64,000 bases of DNA from NCBI GenBank assembly GCA_051294375.1, contig CM119266.1, positions 26,633,387 to 26,697,386 on the forward strand. Direction: 5' to 3'. The DNA comes from Paraspadella gotoi. Taxonomy: Eukaryota > Animalia > Chaetognatha. Below, piece by piece: positions 1 through 21,324 of the stretch. Positions within the stretch are counted from its first letter, which is position 1. Each line of letters opens with the position of its first letter. Under the pieces are notes generated by a model, which was not told the origin of the DNA, did no database searches, and was given only the letters and a program-made list of their open reading frames with translations. Made by a program: the position numbers and the translations under genes.

Positions 1-2089
1 TTTTTTGCCATATATTTCGACTTAATTTCTAAGTCATCATCAGTGGCATATCATAGTGAAAATAAGTATTTAACTATCATGTAACATATTTTACAAAATA
101 TTTTCATTTTTTTTTCCGCGAATCCGAAAAAAATATGATTTAAAAATTTTAAGAATTTATAAGGATATTACTATAAAGAAAATTCAATTAATTTTTTTTA
201 TAGAAAAATGGCCTTATTATTTTTTAATCCATCGCTAAATCTTTTCATCACTCCACCCTAGTGTATATATCTTTGTGCTTTAAGCAATTCATAAGGGCGT
301 TCCATTCATTTGCTATCGAAGCCATTCATTTTAACCGGGTCCCACTGCACTCGGGACACGAAAGAAAAAAAATAAAGGGAAAAAAATGAATCGGGACGGG
401 AAATTGGATTGAGTTTTCGGAGGGAAGAACTTTTTACTCTTTATTTTCTGAGAGGGAGCGCTCGGATTTCCATCAACCGCGAATGACAGGCGTCGGGAGG
501 GAATAAGAGTCGGGAACTTTTCGGGCGGATGTGTAGGAGAATGGAGGGAAATGGGCAGAGGTAATTCGAGAGAAAAAAAAAAATACCGGCGATCGAAAAC
601 GATCTTTAAAACCGAAGAAAAATCGGTCGCTCATAGATACAAGAATGACTTAGATATTCAACGAACTGTACCATTATGATAAATGAAATGCTTGACAACA
701 AAAGCTTTTCATTAGGGACGAAACAAATTATGTTTTTGTCCTTTGAATTCGTCGATTAATTTTGTCAAGTTGGAAAATGATACGGTATAAAAAGAGAGTA
801 CTTTGAGGAGGTGGTCTGATGTCAAACAACACGTGACGCTTCGATCGACGGGCTTCTTCATAAGCATCGTCAGCACATTCGCCCGCAGCCGAGTTATCGT
901 TGTAAGACGAGAAAGTTAATCATGAAATATATGACAACGAAAATGTCGCCAGACGTGTTGAGTTTTTATCTCTAGAAAACAATAAAATGGATACTTGATA
1001 CTCTCTCAATCTCTATCTCAATCTCTATCTCTCTCGACTTTTGATCGATCAAAAATCTTTTACGATCGCCAGTTGATTTATAAAGCCAGGAGGATTTTAA
1101 TAGTAAACAATAGTTATTTAAATATTTTTTTAAAATCAGGATTAACCAAAAAAAAAAACAACAATTAACGGAGGTAGAGAAAAGATTATTCATGAAAATT
1201 GAATAATAATAGGCAACTTAAAAAATACTAAACAAACGACACCGGATCTGAAAATGACTTGTTATTGGGACATGAAGTGAATTATGTTTGAGTCGCTAGT
1301 CAAGATTAAATCAATATAATAAAAAAAAGGAACGCATGAGCAACCTCCATCTTTTTTTTTTTCCTCCTTCATTTTCCAGGAAAAACTAATTTATTTTTGT
1401 TTCTAACTTTTCTGTCTGTTTTTATTTATGGAGTCTTTTCGTGCCCGGGGCGGAGGTTGGACATCAAAACGAGCAGCGAGAGAAAAAGGAGAAAAAAGCG
1501 GATGAAGGAAAAGAAACAATTGATTCGTTTATTAGTCTCTTCTTTGTTTTCTATTTAACTATGTCTTGCTCTGTCCCTGATTATTTTATAATTTTTTTAC
1601 GCTCCCAAATTTTTATTACCTTTTTAGTCTTTTTTCGACTTTAAAATTAAGTATTAAAATTAAAATAAAATGAAAATAAAATTTATTATTAGTATAACTT
1701 ACGTATATATTAACATTCACCTTTTTAAGTAACTCTATATAACTCTATATAAGTTACACGTGTAAAAATACAATAAACCCCTGGGTTTTAAAACACTTTC
1801 TAAATTTTTACAATAGATATAACTGCACCAATTTTACATTGTGATAATACTTTTTTGTCTTCATGATATAATAACAACTTTTTAATTCACCAGTAGCGGA
1901 CGTCAACTCAATAAAAATACAAATATCCAATTATCTATAGATCAAATAATTCTGATAGATTTTATCAGTTCAAAGTCGCAGGGTTTTTAAAATTAAATCT
2001 CGTAAGTTTCTTGCCTTTAGATACATATATCTTTTTACAATATAATTGTTGATTATTTTAACTTTTAACATTATTAAAAATGAAAGCAC

Positions 2090-7062
<4,973 letters not shown>

Positions 7063-10000
7063 TTAAAGAAAACCAATAGCTTAATTTATTTTATAAGCAC
7101 TTATGAATGACGTTATTTTCGTCTAGCTCTGAATAAAGTTGGTAAATTGACAGATCATATTGATGTAACAAATGCTTATTAAATTAACATCGTTAACGTT
7201 AAAATAAAAGTTAATTTTTTATTGCTTTCCTTTTCTAAAATTATTTCTACCTTTTATATAAATAATTCAATTTCGTAACATCATTAACCAACTCAATTTC
7301 TATATAAAACATTTAAAAATATCAGTTAATTAATTTTTGGAAATGATTCTTTAATTACCGTGACTTCGTTCATGATTGAAAACGAAAAACTGTGGCACCA
7401 CCAACACCAAATGTTTGTTAGGTAAAAATGTAGCGTTTTCGGAAAAGTAAAAATATAAAATGTTTATAAAACAATTTGCAGCCTAACAGAAGTAATTTGT
7501 ATAATTGTGGATGTTGAAGGGTCCATTGCTACAAATATGTTTAAAAAATTATTTCACAAACTCTCTTTTTCAAACCAGAAAGTCATAAACGACAACTTCC
7601 TTTTGGAACCAGCTTGTTGCGAGGTAATTAAGAATATGACTTTATTTTTACGATTTAAGCTTCATATTTAAATGAAATAATTATTTAGGTACTCTCAAAA
7701 CCGGAATGTCGCCTTAAAAGGAACAAATTCGTTAGCCTACTGTATTATCACTTTGTATTGTATTGTATTGTATTATATTTAAAATGGTAAATTAAAATTT
7801 ACGGACATCACTTAAATTTTTTCATTAAATTTATTCGATCTCATCATATGAATTACTACCGCATAAATAATTAAATATCTTTTTTCTTACCCCATATTTC
7901 CATTATTGATACAATGACACAAGTAAGTAATGAAATAAATTTAAAAAAATAGTTTTATAAATGCTTAAACAAATTTCTTTATTCAGTTACCCTCAAAGGC
8001 TAGCTTTTTCTTACTCAAGTAGGATGAGCAATTGAGCAATTGAGCATTCTCCCTGGGCAGCAGAAGAGGGTCAACCTTAGGAGTATTTCATAAGGGGTAT
8101 CCCTTCAATAAGTATAGTCTATACTTTAGCTCTCCCTGAATTAGACTGCTCTCTGCTCTGGGTCCGCCCCTACGCCAAAAATCTTTTTTTTTACATTTTA
8201 AGTTCTCGGGATTTTGTAAATTTAAAAAAAAAAATAAAATTCTGGACATTGCTATCAGTTTACTGGCTCTTTACGATCGCGACCTGATATCTGTCTTCAA
8301 CGAGAGAAAATAAACGAAATGAAGTAAGATTTATGTGGTTGTAACAAAAAAAGGCGACTTCTTTCAAGTTGAGAAGGCCCCCCCTCAACTGGTTTTCGGC
8401 CTTTCGCGGCCCAATGGAAAAAGAGATAAAAGTCCTGATGTCACCGAAATATATAGCCTGGTGGGTGCCCTTTATAAAAAATGCCCGCTACGTTGCTTTT
8501 CTGGTCCATTTACATATTATTTCTCTTCGACTCCGAAAGAAAAACAAAACAAAAGAGGACCCTAAGTCCAAGTATGCTGGAGTTCTACATTTGGAGTTCT
8601 ACGAGTAAAGAAACAGCAAGGGAATGACTTTGTAAAGATGGGTTTCTCCTAAAATGCCAGTAGGAATGTTTAAAAACTATTAAGCAGACAATACTGATAT
8701 GATATGACCTGGTTTTTATTCTAAGAAAACTATGATGTACGATGCTTTGACGATTCTTTGAATCTTCGACCGCACGGAAATATCGAAAGGATCTCAATCC
8801 TTCGAAGATCTCCCCCGAGTAAATAAATTATCGAGAAAACTCCGCCCCGCCGCGCCCTCCTCTTGAACTCTCGACCATGGCCCATCTCCCCTCCCGAGGC
8901 CCCTTTCCTCATCCTTCGACCCGCGAGAGGTTTTGAAATAGTAACATGTTAACAACTACAACGATTACAACAACAAAAATAATAATAATAAAATATATTA
9001 TCAAGGCACGAATTAAAGTGAAAGCGACTATTTGTAACTTCTTTACACCCCTCTCCGGCTAAGAAAGAGGTTCTGGATTTGGAACTTGGCTTGAAGTGTT
9101 GAAAGCGCTTTTTTTTTACGACATGACTCCGTAGGAAAGCTGACTGGTTGCGGGAACTCGTGGTCTTCTTGAAACAATACACAAGAAAGAAAATTAATTA
9201 AAAAAAAAAAAAAATCACTAAAAGGTACAAAATTTAATAGTAAAAGATAACAATGAAAATAACCACCAAAACCGAACAAATACGCACACGAATCCGGAAG
9301 CGGCTCGAACCTCCGACCCGGCGAACCGGACTTAATTCCCACTTAAGTCTCCGCCTCTTTTTTATTCATGGAACCCGGACTGGATCGTTCTTATTTTTTC
9401 GATGGCGTGGGGGGGGGGGAGGTCGAGGATCGATTTTCCAGTTTTTATTTTTACGACGTCCTTGATATTTTTATGAATGTTTGTTTTCGAGGGGATGGGG
9501 CCATGAGGGGTTGCGGAGGACCGGGGGTGAAGAGTGGAGGCGTCACCCTAACGGCAGTGACGTTCACGACCCGCGGTAAAAGTGTGGGGAATCTTCGGGG
9601 TGAAAGCATCAGGGTTCTAATCCGGGTTTTTTTCTTTACCAGTTTTTTGTCAAACCAAAAAATTTTAATTTATTATAATTACTTAGAATTAATGACGACA
9701 TAAGAAATGACATTGTCCGAAAAAGTTTCTATAGATTGCGTCGACGCATCGGGGATTTGTTAGGAAAACTAAACGTGACGATCTCGGTTTTTTTTTTTCA
9801 TATTTTTTAGTTGGAGCTAAACTTCTGAGCAAACAATGCGCAACAGGAATCCTAAAATTTTCGATCGCTCCTCAATGTGATAATCTTTTCTCCATGAATT
9901 CGCTACGAACAACGACAACAAAACGACAACAACAGCCTAAACTTTAACAACGACGAGGTCAAAGAATCGGCGCCGACGCTTCGCAACTCCACGTCGATTT

Positions 10001-10942
10001 CGCGATAAAAGAAAAAAACTGATAAAATTTCGAAGATATGTCGATTGCTGATCCCTGATTGGACGAAAAGTCGAGCGCCGATTGGCCGAAATTTCAAAGG
10101 CGAGAATACCCAGGGAAATGGGTAATTTGGTGATTAGGATTTTCGACGGTTACATGAAATAGTTTCTTTTCCGAAAATAGGAGCGATTTCCTTTGAGAAG
10201 ACTTTTTGGTCAGTCAGTCGGTTTATCATTTTTAACAACAGATATTCTTAGTAGAAGTTAACAAAAGCTAAATCAATAACATTAAAAAAATTGTATCAAC
10301 AATAATAATCAAAATAATTACAATTATCTAATATAATAAATACCATTATTGATAAAGGCATTAAATATTTTATTTTTGTAGTGATAATCCATTTGCCATG
10401 TATTAATTCCTGTAATATTTTTTTTTAGTTTAAAGGTCATCAGAAATCGTCCAAAAAATTTTCGGGAAAACACCATGACGAAAATCTTGGCGCCAAGAAC
10501 GTTCGTGGGTCCGATATAGTAATTTATTGATAATTTTTCAGAAACTGGAGAAACGGAAACCGTTAATGTTTACTGATCATATTTTGGAATCATAGATCAT
10601 AACATTGCGTGTTAAACCGGAATAAGGTCACGAGTTATCAGTAATTAACGGACACAAGCATAATATTTAAGTGCAGTTGAAAAAGTAAGTAGTAAAATAT
10701 AAATACCAAAAGTTCGTAAAAAAGTCGGAAAAGTTTATAAAAAGGGCAGCATAGTTAGCAAAGCCCAAAAATGATATCACAGAGTTGGATAGCGGCACAA
10801 AAAAATTTAATAAGGATGATGTTAAAAAATCCCAGCTTAGGGAATGACCATGAGCAAAAACGTTTAAAACAGCAATATAAATTTATAAATGCAAAGCGAG
10901 TTAACATTGTTTCGGACTTATCTTTTCGTTGCGTTAAGAATT

Positions 10943-11160
10943 TAAGATCAATGACAGTTTTTGTTTTGTTTACATATAACGAAGTTGATTTATTTTCAAC
11001 AAAAAAAAAAAAAACAAACAAAAAACCTATGTTTCGGCTAATATGTTAACAGCGCGAAAATAACATTTTAGCCGAAAGTAGGTTTTCTTTGAAAATAAAT
11101 AAACTTCATTGTCTGTAAACAAAAAAAAAAAAAAAAAAAAAAAATCTGTCATTGATCTTA
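10943..11160. repeat. Palindromic (MITE-like) inverted repeat
   Basis: taagatcaatgacag...ctgtcattgatctta outer arms and aaacctatgtttcggctaa...ttagccgaaagtaggttt inner arms; similar inner core at ~63250-63400. Confidence 0.65.
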
Positions 11161-11193
11161 CAAGCGAGTTAAAAAAAATTTCAAAATTTTTCG

Positions 11194-14100
11194 CTAAAAA
11201 CAAACGTCGCAAACTACGACGGCGCCGGCCGACCCCGCCGGCGCCGCGTCGAAATCGTAGACGGAGACTGTGCCGTCCCGGTCCAGCGTGACCGCCCGCG
11301 TCGCGTCCACATGCGGCGCGGAAGCCGACGCCATGTCGCGTTGCAAACGAAAGGATCGACGCCGTGGCCGTTTGCGTCTCTTTTCCCTTCGGCCTTCATC
11401 TTCCTCATCCTCTCCGTCACGAACGCCCTTGACCGGGACGCCGACGTCGCGCCAATCAAAATGGCGGGCGCGACCTTCGGCGAAGAGGACGACGCGTTCG
11501 CGGAAGTCGCTCGCCAACGCGTGCGAGGTCAACGTCTCCGTCGCTAGTCCGAAAGCCTCGTTCACTCGCAGGATTCGCAGCGCCGCGCGGCGCCGCACGT
11601 CCCACACACGCACTGTGGCGTCGAGAGAGGCGGAGACGGCGACGCCGCGGAAGTAGAGGACGTTGTAGACCTTAGGAGGGTAAGGGGAGGAGGGGTAAGG
11701 GGTGAACTCGGGCAAGATAGAGCATTGTCCGCTCCATACCTTCCTCTCGTGCCCGACCAATCGTCCCAACTGCTCGCCCGTCTTCATCGAACAGACGGTC
11801 ACGTGACGATCTAGATCGACGACGGCGAATTCGTCGTCGGCCACGAAGAACCGCGGCGATCGTCGCTGGCCGCGCGAGTGCCACCTCCAGCGAAGATCGA
11901 TAGTCGGGGCGTTGGAGGAAGTGGACGAGCGGTTGGAGATGCTGAAAACTTCGACGACGCCGCCTTGGTCACCGAGGATGGCGAAATCCTGGGATGCCTC
12001 CAAGAAGATGCAAAAGATTAGTAATTTCGCCCAGTTGGCGGGATTTTTTAAATGATATTTTTAATCTCGGAACTAGGAACTTCATAATTTTATTACTTAC
12101 CCTTAATCCAACCCAATCCTCCATTTGGTCCTTCTCCCTCTCCGCCACCGGCTCCCTACCCTCTTCCTCATCCTTCCTCTCCTTGCGCCACGCCTTCAAA
12201 CTCCTTCTCGTCAACGTCAACAGGAAGTCGTCCGTCGTCGCTAACGCCAACAGAGGGCGTTCCCAGTCGTCGGCCAGCCACGCCCACGTGGAGCCTGGAA
12301 GACGTCGGGTTCATCGTCATTAAATCTTCAATTACATCATTCTTCAATGATGATTTATATACCGCAACACATTGACAAAAGTTAGTAAAGTTGAAATACT
12401 TGAAATCTTTTGGGTATGTATGAAATTAAAAATACTATAAAATTACTCATGAGAAACGATACTGAAGTGTTTCCCTCTGTTGGTCGTAAAAATGATCGTC
12501 GGCAATATCATAGCAAAAATTTATTTTTCATTAGCGAAGCAGCTTCCGTTTTATTTTTTTTAATGTTTATTCGGTCATTGCTCGTGGAGTAGTAGGGTAC
12601 AACTTTAAACAACAATAAAATTTTTAACAACTTTAATATTCATATAATCTATAAAAGTAAGTACTGTTAGTCTAAAAGTGCGAAACCACAACGATTTCCT
12701 CTCAATCTCGAACCTCTGAAGGCGCCACCATCGTCGCCGGCGATGAGCGGCGTCCTCGTGACGACACCGTCCGCGCCGCCAAGAAAAAGCGCCCCTCCGG
12801 CGGCATCGACCGCGAAACAAGTGACGCCGGCGCCCGGCGCCACGCGAGTCTCAAACTTGAACCGTCCTCGGTTCCACTTCCGGCGAAGATCGAGACGACG
12901 ACGATGAAGACGAATTGCGGCGCGTTTGAAGGTTGAAGACGAGGTTGAGGAGGAGGAGGAGGAGGTGGGAAGAAAGTCTGGAGAGGTGTTGAGGCATAAA
13001 TAGTATTTATTAAATACAGTATTAAATGTTAGAGAACATGTCGCACTTAAAAGAAAGGTTTCGAGGATAGCGGGAAGTGTAAAGTAAGGAAAAGGAAGAA
13101 TCCGACGATGATTTATGATAGTTTGATATACCAAAATGAATTATTGTTTTGGCATATTACAAGGTAATATTATTACATACAACACACGCTCCAGCTTTTG
13201 AGGGAACCCATCTATCGGACACGAGATTTTCCCAAAATTCCATCGAATTTCTAAAACCCTTTTATGACCCCCCCCCGCTTCCAGTAACCTTCTTGAATAG
13301 CGAGCGCCGCTAAGCTGGCGTCGGTTCGGAGCGCCTCCGAATAGAGATGGCGCCAAACGCCACTCACGTCGATAACGTGTAGCCAACTATATAAAACAGT
13401 AAAATACTCATAAAATTCAAGTTATTTATCAAATGCTACTCTTCAAACCTGCTCGACACAAGCTCCGCTGCCAGAAGAGAAGCGATGTTCAACTGTCCGA
13501 AGATTCGTCGCGCTATAGAGACTTTGATCGAGGCAACGTACGTCACGACATCTTGAGACGAGGACGTTCCTGAAACTGATCTTTTGTTGACGAGCAGTTG
13601 GAGAGAGCGGAAGACTGGGACGAGGAGGCAGGGGTCGTATACGGTTGCTGGTTCTGTAGAGTCCGATTCGGAAAGAGAGAGGAGGTGTTCCGGGATAGTG
13701 GAAGAGAGAGATGTTTCGAGGGTGGTGGGGATGGATGACGCGTCGGAGAGAGCGAGGGGAGTTGAAGGGGCGGAGGAATCCGAGGGGCTGACGGGAATTT
13801 CAGCGTAGGGATGGGCGTGGCTGGCGAACACAGAATCGTCGGATGGCGGTCCAGGTTCGCCAGTTTCCTTCGGTCTTTGTATAATTTCTCCCGTTTCGTC
13901 GTCGTCGGCGTTTGACGAACTTTCCTTCTCTTTTCGATCGTCGTTCTCATTCCTCTCGTATTTTCCTCTTTCACTTTCCCGGTCTTCTCCTTTCTTTCCT
14001 TCCTCTCTTTCCCGGTCTTCTCCTTTCTTTCCTTCCTCTCTTTCCCGGTCTTCTCCTTTCTTTCCTTCCTCTCTTTCCCGGTCTTCTCCTTTCTTTCCTT

Positions 14101-14281
14101 CCTCTCTTTCCTCGTCTACGTCCTCTCGCTCTCCCTCCTCTTTCATTAACTGTTTAACCGAATTGCCCTCAATTTCTTTTTCCTCTCTTTTTCTTTCCTC
14201 CGTCAAAGTTTCCTTTTCCTGGTCTTCCTGATTCCATGGGTGAGGGTTGCCTCCTTCGTCTTTCTCCTCATTGTGGTTCAT
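11194..14281 (-). CDS. F-box/WD40 protein, divergent beta-TrCP (Slimb/FBXW1/11)-like
   Basis: F-box across a splice junction: IARRIFGQLNIASLLAAELVSS|SWLHVIDVSGVWRHLY; linker RRKWNRGRF..GVTCFAVD; WD repeats LVGHERKV, VSASLDATVRVWD, DRDGTVSVYDF. Long acidic/PEST N-terminus. Internal exon boundaries approximate. Confidence 0.8.
13975..14111. repeat. 33-bp coding tandem repeat (~4 units, EEGKKGEDRER)
   Basis: tttcccggtcttctcctttctttccttcctctc repeated within the F-box gene N-terminal exon. Confidence 0.9.
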
Positions 14282-15042
14282 GATTTTATGAAAGAACAAC
14301 TAAACGTTTATTATTGCGGGAATCACATTTTTAATCGTTGTCTGAAAGAAACGCAGATAAAATTTTGTTTCAATAAGTCTTCCTATCCACTAAGCTCTTT
14401 TGATCAGTTTTCCTGTAAACATTTCATAACTTCCCAGGCAGTAGACAAAGCCTACTAGGCAATTAATTTGTAAATTTCACAATTTTTAAAAAGATTTTCA
14501 ACAAAAAGAAAAGTAAAAACTAAAAAAAAAACTAATTGAAATTATTTCTGAAAATAACTGAACTCAAAATGGAAAAGAAAAACGAAAAAATAAGCAACGA
14601 AAGAATCATTTATTGCTTTTTACCTTCATATTTGACAAGCGACGATGGACGGCGAAACAGTGAGAAAAACAGTCTGTTCTTTCACAGCTGCCACATAAAA
14701 CAAAACCCACCGAAAAAGCGACAGGATTGTTTACTACACAGTTTTACAAAGTTTTTGTTTCATTCCGTGCTGAGGCTCACTATGTATAATAAAAATGTCA
14801 GTCACACCTGGCGAAAATAAAGTTAAAAATATTTTGAGAACAAACTATTTACACGAAATCGGTAGAAGCATATTTACATTTTGCTTTTTTACATTTTAAA
14901 ACAGTTTTCAGTCAGGAAAATACTGTTTTTGTAGTGACAGTTTTAGAGGAACAACAAAAACCCGAAAAAGAGCTTTCGCACATCTTCCGCCTTTTCTTCC
15001 TCCTCCTCCTCCTTCTCCTCTTTTTCCTCCCCCTCCTCCTCT

Positions 15043-18706
<3,664 letters not shown>

Positions 18707-18799
18707 TTTGAAAACGATATTTTGAGCTAACGCCGTTCGGGTAGGTCTCGCCTTGAGTCACCTCGACAGGTAAGTTTTAATTCGTCATCTTGTCGAACC

Positions 18800-18872
18800 G
18801 ACCAATCAGGATACAGGGCCAACAAATTCGACCAATCAAAATATTTGCATTGGGAGAAAAAATCGACCAATG
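18800..18872. promoter_or_regulatory. Cluster of three CCAAT (NF-Y-like) boxes upstream of the Na/K beta first exon
   Basis: gaccaatcag, gaccaatcaa, gaccaatgag spaced ~30-35 bp apart; function inferred. Confidence 0.45.
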
Positions 18873-20115
18873 AGAATGCGCGGCTCCCTTCATCGAAACA
18901 GGTTTTTTTCTTCTTTCGAGTGATGTCCCTGTTAGAAAAAACGGGTAAGTTTTAAGAGCAAGGAATCATCAGTCGTATCTGAATGAACTCAATGATTTTC
19001 TCTAAAGGTTCGCAGTTAAATTTTACATCTTAATTCGTAGATTAATTATTAAATTAAGCGTTAATTAGAAAAATAATGAAGCCTGATATAACTTAAAACA
19101 AAGTTTGCTCTCGGTTTTGTTTATCGCCAAGACATTTTGATAAACGCGTTCCAGTTAGGAAGAATTCAGGGTTAAAGTTTAAAAACGTTTCATTTTCAAG
19201 GATACAAGTTGAAATTTAAAAATGTCTTTATTACATTTTTCTAATTCAGTAATAAAAATTTCATAAAAAATATCAGATGGATTGGCTTTTTCGTTTGACC
19301 TACAACTCTTCAGATAGGTTTCTTTTATTTTATATTATAATTAAAACCGATATAAAATGGCGTAGAAGGTATCAAATGTTTAAAGTGAATACATTTTCGG
19401 AATCGCTAGGAGCTCAGCTTTTTGAATCTCCATTTTGGCCTATTTCGAAGTTGATTTGAATGACCCTTTTTCTTAAATTAAATCTTGTTCATAAATTTTA
19501 ACTAATTTTTGATCGTTTATTTTTCTATCTTGCCAAAGAAATCGCAGAAACTTATTTAAGAATTTCTGGCAAAAACAAAGTTACTCTGAACAATACCATT
19601 ATACATATATGAAATTTGATATATTTAGTTTATTATCTGTCGAATTTTTAGTTGATGTGCCTAATTTCTTTTAGAAATAATCAGAGAAGTGAGCGAGCGA
19701 GAGAGGAGAAATCCGGACGCGGTTGATGTTTTCGTGAAACTTTCAATTTTTAACTTTTAAGTTTTATAATTATATCGAACATCGACCCAGTATTGTTCAC
19801 TTGTCGATTCTCGATCGGGATTTTTTTCTTCTTTTCGTGGAATCACATTTGAGTCACTAGAAAATATTTCTAAAAAACCCGCATTTAATTTGGAAGGAAT
19901 CATCAATAATACAGTTTTTTCTGAATAATTAATATTTATCGTTATTCGATTTTTTACTTTCATCCCTCGCGAATGTTACATCACGGCCATTTATCGCCGA
20001 AGAAATGACGTTGATTTTGTACTTAGTTTTTTACCATTCTAAGGACAATTTTTAATTACGTAGTATTAAACTACAAATTAAATTTAAACAGGAAAAACAA
20101 CGATTTTTAAATCAG

Positions 20116-20616
20116 ATGGCGTTTGTGTTGGACGCGGATCAAGAGGCCCGCGCCCGTCGCAGCCTTGTCGCTGCCGAACGCACCCTCAAACGTCTCGCCC
20201 ACCGACAAGGAATTCCCGACTACGCCGACGACATCGGAGAGACAGCGCAGGCGCTTCTCGACGAGGGACGCTTGACGCAGCAGCAAAGAAAAGCCGTGCT
20301 GACGCTCCGCCATTCGAGGAACGAACACGCTCATGATTGGAACCGACTGAGTTTGACGGAACGTAATCAAGTGATATCGAAAATGCGACGGGCCGTGACG
20401 CAGCTGGGCGGACAATGCGACGGGGGTAGTGACGTCGTTCTCTCGTCGACGATGGGGTCATCCCACGGGTCCGGGTTTAGGGGTCCCTACGATTTCAATT
20501 CTCCTAATTCTACTGGGGGTAACAGGGAACCAAATGTTGCTTTGTTCCTTATGATTGTGTTGCTTTTGCTAGTATTTTTATGGTTTGCTTCTTTAGCTGG
20601 GAAACATTTTAAATAA
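20116..20616 (+). CDS. Single-exon 166-aa protein: HEPN/DUF4145-like domain plus C-terminal transmembrane tail
   Basis: GC-rich ORF; AAERTLKRL (HEPN first-helix E..LK) and LRHSRNEHAH (R-N-x-x-x-H); Gly/Ser linker; ALFLMIVLLLLVFLWFASLA TM followed by GKHFK*; AATAAA overlaps the stop. Confidence 0.72.
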   Translation: MAFVLDADQEARARRSLVAAERTLKRLAHRQGIPDYADDIGETAQALLDEGRLTQQQRKAVLTLRHSRNEHAHDWNRLSLTERNQVISKMRRAVTQLGGQCDGGSDVVLSSTMGSSHGSGFRGPYDFNSPNSTGGNREPNVALFLMIVLLLLVFLWFASLAGKHFK

Positions 20617-20746
20617 AATTTTCAATGAAAGTATTTACGCATTCTTTTAATTATGCTACGAGAAAATCGGCAAATTATGTAATTTGCAACAAAAAAATCT
20701 TATAACGAAATTTAACAAATATTATAAAGAATAAAAACGCTAAAAA

Positions 20747-21293
20747 CTAAAAATTAGTAATATTAAAAGCATATTTGAGAATGAAGTAGATGATGAGTAT
20801 GATGACAACGCTGACGACTACCGTCGCAAGGATCGCGTAGATGAACATCCTTCTACACAATCGGTCGCCCCGACGCCGTGCCGGATTCACGGGGGCGGTA
20901 GCTGGTGTGGGGCGGAAATAGAGATTGTATTAGGGGGAGACGGTAAAAAAATCGATCCTTTACCCTAAATACTACTTAAAAACGTTTGATCGCGTTGAAT
21001 TTTATGGAATTATATTTTTATTTTTAGTGCTATTAATGCAATTGGTCTTGCTCAATGCTCATTTATCGTTTGAATGCCAAATTGTTTCTTTTATCGTTTT
21101 ATTGTTTAATCTTTTTATCGTTTTAACTGTCAAATTGTTTCTTTTATTTCGGAAAAAACAAAAAAAACAAACAAAAACGTTTGATCGCGATAATGGAGAT
21201 ATGGTGAAGGAGAGAGAAGGGGAGGGGGGGAGAGAGAGAGAGAAGGGGAGAGAGAGAGAGAAGGGGAGAGAGAGAAGGGGAGAGAGAGAAGGG

Positions 21294-21324
<31 letters not shown>

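Noticed and set aside
7100-10900. Short ORFs between the Nox and F-box genes
   Set aside because: No domains, exon-like codon bias or splice-consistent model.
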